20,000 bases of DNA, taken from Chromera velia. Taxonomy: Eukaryota. Shown here in pieces: positions 10,214 to 20,000 of this stretch. Position numbers and translations under genes: made by a program. The stretch lies in NCBI GenBank assembly GCA_018398765.1, contig JAHBMJ010000113.1, positions 115,466 to 135,465 on the forward strand, read 5' to 3'. How positions within the stretch are numbered: the first letter of the stretch is position 1; each line of letters begins with the position of its first letter. The notes under the pieces were generated by a model, which was not told the DNA's origin, did not search any database, and saw only the letters and a program-made list of their open reading frames with translations.

Positions 10214-12490
10214 CCATATTTCACCCTTCTGTTCGCTATCTCGACTCTCTGCCTTTTGCCCTTTTCTTCATGAGCGGCACGAGTTTGGATGGGGCTCGTG
10301 CTCGTTTCTTGTTGCTGTGCCGCATAAGATGACCGAATGATTCAAAATCAGAAGAAGAGAGCAATTTTTTCTGTTTTTCTTAGGGGAGAGGTTGCTTTTC
10401 CCCAAAAAAGTCTCGTCTTATGGAGGTGGAACCACCTGGCATGCACAGTATGAACAAACGAGAGACGTATCGTGTATGTAGTGAAACGAAAACCAAATCG
10501 AGCGAGGGACCGGACAGGAGGGGTGAGGGAGGCAGGAGGGTTTTTTTTACTGTCAGTGAGAAGGGCCTTAACTTTTTTTTGCCTCCCCCCTCTGCTTCTT
10601 TCGTCTAAAGTTATGGGCAGATCCTCTCCCTTTCGTTGGATCTGATTGCTTTTTTGCATCCTGTACAAATCAACCGCCGGTCCAAAGCACTGACCGGGAG
10701 AAAGGCAGCCCCAGGAAGACTTCGTTCTCTTCTACCGGGCAGTAAAACAAATTGTCTGATTCATTGTTGCTCGCACCTTTGAGGGTTGCTCGTTGCGTTG
10801 CCGTGTTAAAGATGTCTCGAATCTTGCGCTCTTTCTTCCCTTCTTCCACAGCGTGGAGAAGATCTCTTTATTTTCATTGCCGGTGGGCTTTCATGGGACC
10901 CTGTTTTTTTGTTGGCTTCCCGTCATTCATCGATTGATCGATCGACGAAGACGTGCTGCAGGGAATGGGACCGTGATTTGGCTAGCGATATGTGCATGTG
11001 CATTGTTTCTTGCTCTTCCCTTTCTTCCTCGAGCAGGACTGACTTTTCGCATTTCGATGGTCCTTCTTGGCAGTACCTCTCTTCTTTGTTACCCCAGCGA
11101 CGGTCTTTGCTTTCGGAAAACAAGACAGACAGACATGCGAACAGACAGACTGAAAGCGAAAAAAAAGAAACCAGAGCGGACAAATCCAGGATTCACGCCA
11201 CAGAACTGAATACGAGTGAGCGAAAGAGAAAGAGGGTCGTTTGACAGACGAACCCATGAAAAGACAATGAAGGAGAGCCGATGGGGTGCCCGGCCGGCCA
11301 GACCCTTTCGCACCCTCATGTGGAAATTGGTCAGCTTGAGACAGTTCACATGCAGACTTTCGAGAGAAAGACAATAAAAGAGAAACGAAGAGAAAAAAGA
11401 AGAAGTGAACGTTCATAGAGGGACGTGTGCCTCTGATTCATTGAGGAAAGAGGGGAACACATTGAGAGGGACAGCTAGGATGGAAGATCCGAATAATTGT
11501 AGAGGCAGAAGTGAAGTGATGGCATTCGACCGTAAATTTTCCTTACAGAATGACATCATGTTGAATTCAAGTTGACTGCATGTGCGGTTCATTGAGTCAC
11601 AGTGTTTTTTTTCTTTTTCCTACCTGTTCCTGCCTTCTCATTCGTATGCGTCAATCTTTCTTCTCAAGGAATAGACTTTTCATAAGCGGTGTGAGTCTGT
11701 CGGGACACTCGATTCTGGCATGCCTTCTGCCTTTCTCTTTCTTATTTTGCCTTTCATCCCCGCCTTTCTTTTTACCTCTCTCTCTGAACGCAGATCCGAC
11801 TTATTTTCGGGCCCTTTCTCTGCCACGATCTCCGTTTGACAACTGGTCCCGCATTTATATGTGAATTGATCGAGCTTGAACAAAGCACTTTCTCCTACCA
11901 GTTTGGCAATTGAATAAGACCGATTCGAATGGAGTGTATCCCTTCTTTGCATATGTGGATCATTTGTGCGAAAGAAAGAGAGTACACTTGGAGAGCCAGA
12001 GGCACGTCGCTATTCTGTCCTTCGAAAACTTTCTCTTGAGTGCTCTCTGTCATCTGAAGCAGATGTACCTGAACCCACCAAGTAGAAGTCGCTTTTGTGC
12101 TGAAAGCGGGGAAGGAAGGGAAGGGAAGGGAAGGAGTCCGCAGTTCATGAGTGCCGTAGCGTCTTCTTTCTGCCTTTCCTTGCTTTCATTCAATGCAGTG
12201 GTCTTCAAGTCTGTCTGTCTTTTTCTCCCCCCCAATTCGTGTTGACCCTGATATCCCCCCCATGCCTGTACGCGAGGTGTGGGACAGCATTCTCCTCTCC
12301 TCACCTCTCTTTGTTTGCAAGTAAATGGCTGTGCCGTTGGGTCCATTGGAGAAGAGTATTGATGAAAAGAAGGAGAAGCACAGGAGAAGAATATATCGTC
12401 ATCCAGACTCGTTGCGTGTCAGCGGGAGTGGTGGAATCATGAGAAGGAAGACACTTGAAGTGACTTAACGTTTTCTTTCCAACCTGCAGT
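10214..12490 (-). pseudogene. Possible decayed multi-exon gene of unknown product
   Basis: Short segments bounded by polypyrimidine-AG acceptors and GT donors on the minus strand (12069-12099, 11547-11575, 11314-11356, 11077-11109, 10777-10955 and others). 11077-11109 joined to 10777-10955 reads KDRRWGNKEESTSSS...AHRQ*K*RDLLHAVEEGKKERKIRDIFNTATQRATLK. Phases do not all reconcile. Confidence 0.25.
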
Positions 12491-13643
12491 TCTGAAGACA
12501 AAAAAAAGGTCTTGCGGTGATTCAGGAAAAACACGGGAAGAGCTCTTATATTTTTTCTGAAGGGGTCTTCTCGTCAGGGTGTCTTGAGGGGTGACTATGT
12601 AAAGTTGCAAAGCGCGTCTCCCTTCGGTTGCACAAAGAGCACAAAAACAATGACTGCATATATGCCCTTTTTCATGCACACAGAGTTCGAACACCGCTCA
12701 TTCGGGCGTGTGTCTACTTCTGTGCGCCTGTAACTTTGAAGTGCCTGTCCACGGTGTGCACATGCGTGCGCAACTTGGACTTGTATGTATAGGAGCACAC
12801 AAAACGGTCGATGTAAGGCACAAACAGGCGGCGGTTACTGCGATGACCGCTCAGCCTGGACCCTGCCTTCGCCGTTAAAAATAAAAAAATAAAGAAATGG
12901 GTGAGAATGAAAGAAATCTTCAGGGAGGGCATGCGTTTGTGATGAAGGTCAGTCAGATTCGCGTCAGCTGCCCAGCCATTCTTGTACTCATAAAATAGCG
13001 TCTGCATTTTTCCCTTCTTTTTATTCATTCAAGGTAGTAGTGGTTTTGCACGTCTGATTTTCTTCTTCCTCCGACCCAGTGATTGCGGCTCCGCATTTCA
13101 TTCAAAGAAGCAGAAAAAAGAAAGAAGACTAGAATCACAAAAATGCATGGAAAGGGTGTGGGGAAGAAGAGATCGATCTGTCCGGTGTGTGTGCCGGTCT
13201 GTGCGTTTGTGTGTCCGTCTGTCTGGCAGAACTCAAAAGACCTCTTTCTGTCTGTCTTTCTTTCTTTCTTTCTCTTTTTTTTTCTCCCTCTGGTGTTTCC
13301 GGATAACCTTGATAGCCTTTCCCTTCGACCCATCCATGATGGTTTCTTTTCCTTCCTGAGGTCCGCCGGAGAAGAGAATAAACAAAAACGACAGAGAATC
13401 ACGTATACAGAAAGAGAAGAGAAACTGGAGATAGGGGAAGAGAAAAGGAGTAGGTTTGTATCTCTCAGGGAGGAGAGAGGAGGTACTTTGGCTGGAAGAT
13501 TGGGAAGAGAGGCGGAGAGTCGAGAACTCCCACAAGACGAGCTGCTTGACTGCATCCTTCTTCCAACTTGACTTCTCTGAAGATCAACGCGACTGAAATC
13601 CTGACCTTTGTTTCGCACGGAGTAGGTTGTTCTTCTACCTCTT

Positions 13644-13671
13644 CCTTCCTTCCTTCCCTCCTTCTTTTCTT

Positions 13672-13723
<52 letters not shown>

Positions 13724-13783
13724 GCTTTCTTTCTTTCTTGCTTTCTTTCTGCCTGCCTACCTGACTGCCTGCCTGCCTGCCTG
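13644..13783. repeat. Compound (CTTC)/(CTTT)n/(GCCT)n microsatellite, polypyrimidine tract
   Basis: Direct reading of tetranucleotide runs. Confidence 0.95.
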
Positions 13784-16024
13784 CGCTCATGTACAGATAC
13801 AGAATAGGAAAACGCCGGAAGTATGAGAGGAAAACAAACGCGCACAAACATTTTGACAGAGGGTTTTGCTGTCACACAGGAGTTGTCTCGATCCAATCAA
13901 GAAAGCTGAAAGCCTTTGGAGGGATTTGATTTTTCTTTCCCCCGCCCTTTCTCCATGTCAGCCTGCTGGATGGCTTGCGTGTGCCCTTTCTTCTCGCAAA
14001 GCTCCTTCCAGTGGAGGGAGATAGACAAATCAAAGGGGGGATGAGGGGAAGGAAAGACCAATCTGTACCTCGCCAGAGCTAGAGAGATGTGTCTTTGCCT
14101 TCCTGCCTGCCTGCCTGCCGGTGTCCATCTGTCTGTCTCATTGGGTCTTTGACAAGACCTGAAGAGGGTTCGTACTACGGCTTGCGGTGGATCATTTGTC
14201 AACGTATGCACCTGCTTAAGGATGTCGCATAGATGTGTGAGCAGCAACACCTCTCCCACTTCTCTTCGGCAGTCTCACCCACTTTGAGACTGCTGTGAGG
14301 GGTGATGGGCTTCGGGTGCCGTCACCACGCTTGCCTTCGTTTCGTCTCGTTTCCAAGCAGGTCCGGTTTGATTCGCTTGCAGCCGACTCACTGAGCGTTG
14401 CACACCGACACACAGAGCAGAAGGCCATGAAAGGGGGGAAAGGGAAAAGCTCGTTTCGTGAAGGGAGGTACCCAACAGCAAAGAATACTAAAAAGAACAA
14501 TTTCACTCTCTGCTCCTTGCGTCTCATGCTTCTCCTCCTCCTCCTCCTCCTCTTTGTGTTCATGTGCTGGACCATCTTTTATCTCGCCCTCTTTCCTTTT
14601 TCATGTCTTGAAACGTCCTCTGAACTCCCACTGTGACACCGAACAGCAGATGTGACGTTTGACTGTCTTCAGTACATTTCTTTGACGTGTGTCCGACGAT
14701 GCTGCACGTTGGCTAGCTCTCAGTTCTTTTTTTTTTCTTTTTTTCTTTTTTTGTTCCTCTGACAATGCAAAACAGATCTACGACTTTCGGCCTTGGGGGG
14801 ACGGGAAAGCGAAAGAACACTTCTTCTCATAGGGTACCGCAACGAATACACAAGCGGGTGTCGAAAGACGATGACGCATCGTCAAAAAACTGTCTGAAGG
14901 AAGTCAAAAGAAACAAGGTGAAAAGGGGGGGAAGCGCAAAACGTTCGTCTGCAACCCTCACACGAGAAGTGGACCGGTGCTTTGTGCTTGTACGCATGTT
15001 CGTGGAGTAAATACAGACAGCGATGCGCTCGCTACTCACAGAATTTTAGGGACACTCGGTGATGTTCGAGCCTGTGACCACACCTCCTTTCATGCCTGCC
15101 TTAATGCATGCATGGGAGCTAGTGAGTGGAGCTCCTCGCGCGATCTGGAACTAGGATCCGGGACTGCTAAGTAGCAGCAATTCGCTGTCATTCATTCATA
15201 GAGACTCTCTTCTCTCTCTGTGTGTATGCGTTTGAACACCATATTGTGTTTTTCTTTTTCTTTTGGGTACTCATAGAAAGCAGGCAACTGTTTTTGTTTT
15301 TTAGCCTTCGAGTACTTCCGCTAAAGCACTGTTTAAGCAGACCCTCAGATTTCCAATAGGGAAATTTAGTTGTTTGGTAACATTGCTTGACGATTTGGTT
15401 GTTTGGCGGCCTTCTATCTCAATTTAGACCTTTGATTTAAGAGTTGCTGCACCGCGGCCTGTTCTCTATATGCATCAACAGGTCAGAGATCGAAGAAAGA
15501 AAGATGCAGAAAAACAGAAGAAACAATCAGTGAGACACTGAGATAACAACTGAAAAAAAAGAAACAACATATAAAGAGTCACTTGCATGGCACTTGCACG
15601 TACAACAAACAAAAAGACAGCTAGAATGACAGCTGATTGCACCCATTTTTAGAGTGGTGCAAGCTGTTTGGCTCACTGAAAGGACGGCAAGAAAGGCAAG
15701 GCAAGAAACTACAGACAGAAAAGACTGTAGAGACGAGTGAAACGAACAACTGTTGGTCGGGCACAGAGAATCAGACCAGTGGTCAACGATCGAGACGAGA
15801 GACGACGGTCAGATCTGTCTGCACAGAGGACAGAAGGATGAGGACATGCCAGTGCAAAGGCAGATTAAAGGTGGAAAAAGAATAACAAACAGAAGATCAA
15901 AAACGTAGAACAAAAGCAAACAGTACTAGAAATATGGAGCAAACTATTCGCTTCGCTTACCGTAAAAGTCATGCAAAAGCTTAATTTCTTACTGTCATTT
16001 CTTCCTCCTCGAATTAATAGTCTA

Positions 16025-16263
16025 GGCGCCGCACATAAACAAAAAGAAAAAAAAAATTAGGCGTCCCCAACTTTTTTTTTTCTTTTTTTCAAGTTTTTTT
16101 TTAACGTCACAAATCATGTACACATCTTATGTAGAAAAGTAAGTGTGAGAGTCAAAAAAGATATTTTTCGTTTTGGAGGCACTTAAAATAAAAAATAAAA
16201 AAGAAAAAAAAATTAGGCCTCTCCAACTTTTTTTTTTCTTTTTTTTTTTCTATGTGCGGCGCC
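16025..16263 (+). mobile_element. Complete 239-bp MITE (non-autonomous TIR transposon)
   Basis: Perfect 13-bp TIR GGCGCCGCACATA (16025-16037) / TATGTGCGGCGCC (16251-16263), extended imperfectly by A/T tracts; flanking direct repeat TAGTCTA at 16018-16024 and 16264-16270; second family member at 1-171. Confidence 0.9.
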
Positions 16264-17229
16264 TAGTCTATAGTAATTTAATTATTTTTAATACATCACT
16301 GGTTATAAACCACCACGCAGGTCATACCGCAGGTGGCATGGTTGAAACGCATGATTGTCGATCACTCTAAAAAAGAGACCAAAAAATAAGTAGTTAAACT
16401 TTCAAAACTTACAACCATATTTGAATTACTGCACAACCAGCCGGTAATCGTTTTTAAACTGGTTTTTAGATTAAAATTTAGTAAGTAAATTTGATTGAAT
16501 TTGTTGTTGTTCTAGCCGTTGTTATAAGAACAAACTGTCGGCCTTGCATGCGTTACGCCATTGCAGCTAAACGCTAGTATTAGAAGCCTTAGTAGAAACT
16601 AGACTAGAAATAGCTACAAAAATAGGTGACTATAACTATGACTATGACTTGGACTATGATGCGCCATCGTTATCCATATCCAGAGCTAGCTGGATACTTT
16701 TAACATGAATTACGGTTGCTCGTCTGGCATGTCAGGATTGAGAGTGTGCGCATTGGTACTGCAGCCTATGCCAGGACGATTTTAAATTGTGCGCGCGACC
16801 GATCGTTCACGGGGTGGTGTTTGAACCATGCCGAGATGTATTGATTTTTCGCGCCGTACGTGTATTTGGCATCGAATTGGCATATATCCGTCTATCTATA
16901 CATGCGTACTGAGATACAGGCATGTGAGATTTCGAGTAGAAGGACTGCTCTTCCACTGAACACAGTGCTGCCGCCTACTAGCACAGTGCGGAGACGGTTA
17001 GGACATACGTTACAGCTGTCTGAAGTAACTCCATTTCTAAGGTACCACTAATTGTACCTGTTCTCGAGGCGGCGTTTGGCCAAGAACTCGAGATTTTTAC
17101 GATACACCTGTAGGCAAGTGTCTTACCTTCAGGGGCAAGGTGTAGTTTGTTTCGTAAGCAGAACTGTAGACAGAAAGGTAGACACTCTCCTAGAAGTCCG
17201 CTTGAAAGTAGGATCTGTAGCTTTACGCA

Positions 17230-18806
17230 ATGAGTGGACAGTGGGACGACGAGTTGGGAGCACTGCCGGCCATTCCGGTGGACAGAGAGGCAGCCCTCCG
17301 GATGCGTGGGCAGGCGGGTTCCGCGTAGGGAAGGAGAAAGGCAGTTGTGGTGGAGATGAGGGATGGAGAGAACATGCAGGCGGCGCTGGAGAGGGTAAGG
17401 GCGGGGTTGGCGGCACAAGTGATGGACGTGTACGACTTCCAGGGAGGAGGTGGTGCAAAAAGCCTGCTCCTGCAGGCGATACCCGAGAACCAGATGAAGC
17501 AGATCGAGGCTGTAGATAAGAACTCCCGTCTGCACGAGTTTATGTGCATGGTGGCGAGGTCTGTTGATGCGAACAAGCTCTGGCACCCGTCTTTTTAGTT
17601 CAAACTGGACGGAAGGACCCCAAATCCGGCATACTCGCCCAGACTAGCATTCGTCAGGGAGGCGATGATATCCGGGGCTCACTTCGGGTGTGACTTCCTC
17701 GATATCCCCTTGAAGGGGCCCTTCAGGGCTTTGAAGAGGGAGATGTACCCGGCAGGAGGGGTGGGGCAGAAGGAGTTCGAAGGGGCGGTGGAGGCAATGG
17801 TGAATGAGATTGGTGGGAAGTACATCAGCTTCCATAGGCTGATGGACTTCATTTTCATGATGATCCTAGTGGGGAGTCGGGGGAGAGGATGATTAGGGGA
17901 ATAGTGAAGGCCTGCAGGGCTTCGTCTCCGCTGCAGTTCACAAATCATGTGACTGCATTAGCGAGACAGTGGGAGCTTCGGGCCCAGGAGACGGGGTCGG
18001 GTGGGCTGCCGAGAGGCCTGACACCGACGGCTCCGCTCGGGGAGGGTGCAAAAATGGGCGTGGGCAGGAGTACAAGTGTAAGTCTGAATCGGGGGAGTCA
18101 CACAGACTTGAAGAAGGGCAGTTCAACAACGATGGCCGCAGCAGCAGCAGCAGGAGGGGGGGGAAGCCATCTGGTTCCCCCACCGGCAGGTCCTCAGGTG
18201 CCTATCGTGATCGTGGGGGAGGACGTGGCCCAGCCGGGCGCAGATCAAGACATGCCACAGGCAATTGGGGGGGGGAGTATCACGGGGTCGGAGGGGTTTG
18301 CGGCAGCTGCCGCCGCGCCTGGGGTGAGACCCCTATCTGCTAAGAGGAGGAGAGAACAAGCGGATGGAGGGGATGGGGGAATGAGTGGGGGGGGGAATGG
18401 AGGGGGGGCGGTGGATGTGAAGAGCAGAGGGACTGGAGGGGACAGATCGGGGTTTGTCTCCCCAGTGAACATGACACCTAGGCATGTCAAACAGCCTGGG
18501 AATGTACTTCGGGGCTTAGGCCTTGAACCCCCGGGGAGAGGATCCGGTGACAGGATCTCCTTTAGCAATCTGCTGAAGGAGGCACCGGTGTTCAGGGATG
18601 GGGAGATACAAGCAGTCGTCGAGTCGTCGAAGCTGATAAAAATCGGCATCGAGGGGGTAGAAGAGAGTGTGGCGAGGAGGGATCTCATACAGTTCCTTGC
18701 TGACTGCGGGGTGGGCAACATTCCAGATGATGCGGACATCCAGGCCCTCGTGTTCGGGGTAGCGTTGGCCCTATGGAAAGGAAAGGACGGCCAGGGTGGT
18801 GCTTGA
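17230..18806 (+). pseudogene. Degenerate ORF1 (~525 codons) of putative mobile element, unknown function
   Basis: One frame from ATG 17230 (MSGQWDDELGALPAIP...) runs through TAG 17326 and TAG 17596, joining track ORFs 17347-17598 and 17665-17892. It shifts frame in a G-run near 17870-17880 into ORF 17889-18806 (Gly/Ala-rich linker, then globular-looking C-terminus). Confidence 0.65.
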
Positions 18807-19886
18807 GTGGAGGATCGGGGTACGATCTCAGAGCGACCTAATCAAGTAAGCTTTGACATATCGTTCTCCACAAAAGGGATTAATTCATTCATTGACTGGT
18901 TGGAAAGGAAAATTGACTCTGTGCGTGATCGGTTGTTGGCTGACAGAGGAGTGAGGGGTTTTGGGAGAAACGCTGTGACTGAGAGATGCAGGGAGGAAGT
19001 ATCCGAACGTATGTTAGCGATGGCAGGATTGAGGATGTTTCTTGCTTGTGCCGGGGAACACGAAATGCAATCTTGTCCCGTATGTGGGTCGCGAGTCTGT
19101 GACTGCAATTGTGCACTCTCCGTCTCGCTGCATATGCATGCTTCGGTTCCGCCATCATACTCACTCACTATTTCCCCCCCGTCTCCACGTAAGAAGGAGG
19201 ACCCTGCTGCAAGGGAACGCACAGTCTTTAGGGCAGGGGTGAAAAAGAGAGTGTTGCGTCGGCTCTTGCTTTTGCATTGCATGACAGCGGATCTTTTTCT
19301 TGATCTGTCGGATTCAAAGTTTTCTGTCTTTTTGAGGGGCGTCAAGAGGGGCTGCAGGCAGCACTGGGATCATGCAGACTTCACGGCAAGGAAAGTCATC
19401 TATATGGTTTGGTCTCCATGGGTATGTGGGTTTTATTTGGGGAGTACGGTAGGCTTTGTGATGGATAGATTCATTCAGCATCTTTATGCGGCAGGAAGGG
19501 GGGTGGGGGGTAGGGTTAGTGGAAAAAGGAACGCGTCAGAAAGGGGGTATGCACATCGATTCTACTTAACTCTCTCTGCAAATAACGGAAGGCATGGATT
19601 GTTTGTGGTTACGCCACTGGTCGTTGTTGCAGGGTCCCAGATGGAATTGCGAGATGCGGAGATAGCCTGTATTCGATTGTACATGCCGAAATGGAATACG
19701 GTGGGAGTGAGAAGGAGAGTGAAAGGCGACTTTGGCTGGAGGTTCAAATCTGACTGCATGGACAGAGAGGTGACAGGGGGGGTTGGGGGGGATGGGGCTT
19801 TGAGGAGAGGTGTTTCGATCTGCTCGGACAAGCTGTTGGAATTCCTTACGGTTAGGAGGAGGATTACGGTGGCGATGGTGAGCTGA
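18807..19886 (+). CDS. GIY-YIG endonuclease domain protein with upstream Cys cluster (ORF2 of putative element)
   Basis: VIYMVWSPWVCGFYLGST...DRFIQH...ELRDAEIACIRLYMPKWN (19395-19697) has the GIY-x10-YIG pair, the Arg/His helix, catalytic Glu and terminal Asn of the GIY-YIG family; CPVCGSRVCDCNC at 19074-19112. The start codon is uncertain (GTG directly after the ORF1 stop). Confidence 0.8.
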   Translation: MEDRGTISERPNQVSFDISFSTKGINSFIDWLERKIDSVRDRLLADRGVRGFGRNAVTERCREEVSERMLAMAGLRMFLACAGEHEMQSCPVCGSRVCDCNCALSVSLHMHASVPPSYSLTISPPSPRKKEDPAARERTVFRAGVKKRVLRRLLLLHCMTADLFLDLSDSKFSVFLRGVKRGCRQHWDHADFTARKVIYMVWSPWVCGFYLGSTVGFVMDRFIQHLYAAGRGVGGRVSGKRNASERGYAHRFYLTLSANNGRHGLFVVTPLVVVAGSQMELRDAEIACIRLYMPKWNTVGVRRRVKGDFGWRFKSDCMDREVTGGVGGDGALRRGVSICSDKLLEFLTVRRRITVAMVS

Positions 19887-20000
19887 GGAGGGACTGCGTT
19901 CTCCCGTGCTGCTTGTTTGTCTGCTGTGGGGGGGTTTGGGGGTGGGGGAGGGAGTCTACCTACCGGGAATGGGGGGGGGAGAGGTACAATCTCCAGCCCT

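Larger units (their letters stand above)
17230..20000 (+). mobile_element. Putative GIY-YIG-encoding mobile element (candidate Penelope-like retroelement), extends beyond window
   Basis: Nearly 2.8 kb of contiguous, microsatellite-free, strongly G-skewed coding sequence unlike the small-exon host genes; GIY-YIG nuclease present; RT not seen within the window. Confidence 0.55.

Noticed and set aside
12500..12585. Hammerhead-like core on minus strand (CTGACGA-GAAG-accc-CTTC-A-GAAA)
   Set aside because: Extra A before GAAA, no stem I pairing, and far from the GIY-YIG element.
13025..14655. Multiple 100-200 aa ORFs
   Set aside because: They derive from microsatellite and low-complexity sequence; no recognisable domains.
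1..16263. 16-kb composite transposon bounded by the two oppositely oriented MITEs
   Set aside because: The right copy has both TIRs and its own TSD, and the two copies have diverged interiors, indicating independent insertions.
16978..19345. Minus-strand ORFs overlapping the element (202, 164, 167 aa) and + ORF 17052-17519
   Set aside because: Pro/Ser- or Gly/Arg-rich shadows of the G-rich sense frame.

Overview
Intron-rich eukaryotic nuclear DNA with GT-AG introns, GA/TG/CTTT microsatellites and recurrent TGCATGCA octamers. This style suggests a chromerid/apicomplexan-related alveolate such as Chromera, which is an inference only. Most ORFs in the supplied track are spurious. Supportable content: (1) a seven-exon Ser/Thr-type protein kinase pseudogene on + (~5065-9797), invisible in the ORF track because it is spliced and disabled; (2) an inverted, order-scrambled partial copy of that kinase gene at 2026-2978; (3) two copies of a ~240-bp MITE with GGCGCCGCACATA terminal inverted repeats (1-171 partial; 16025-16263 complete, with a 7-bp target-site duplication); (4) a structured repeat block at ~3320-3975; (5) the 5' part of a probable mobile element (17230 to window end) with a decayed ORF1 followed in frame, across one TGA, by an ORF carrying a Cys cluster and a clear GIY-YIG endonuclease domain. 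This resembles N-terminal-endonuclease Penelope-like retroelements but has an extra upstream ORF; no reverse transcriptase is visible in the window.
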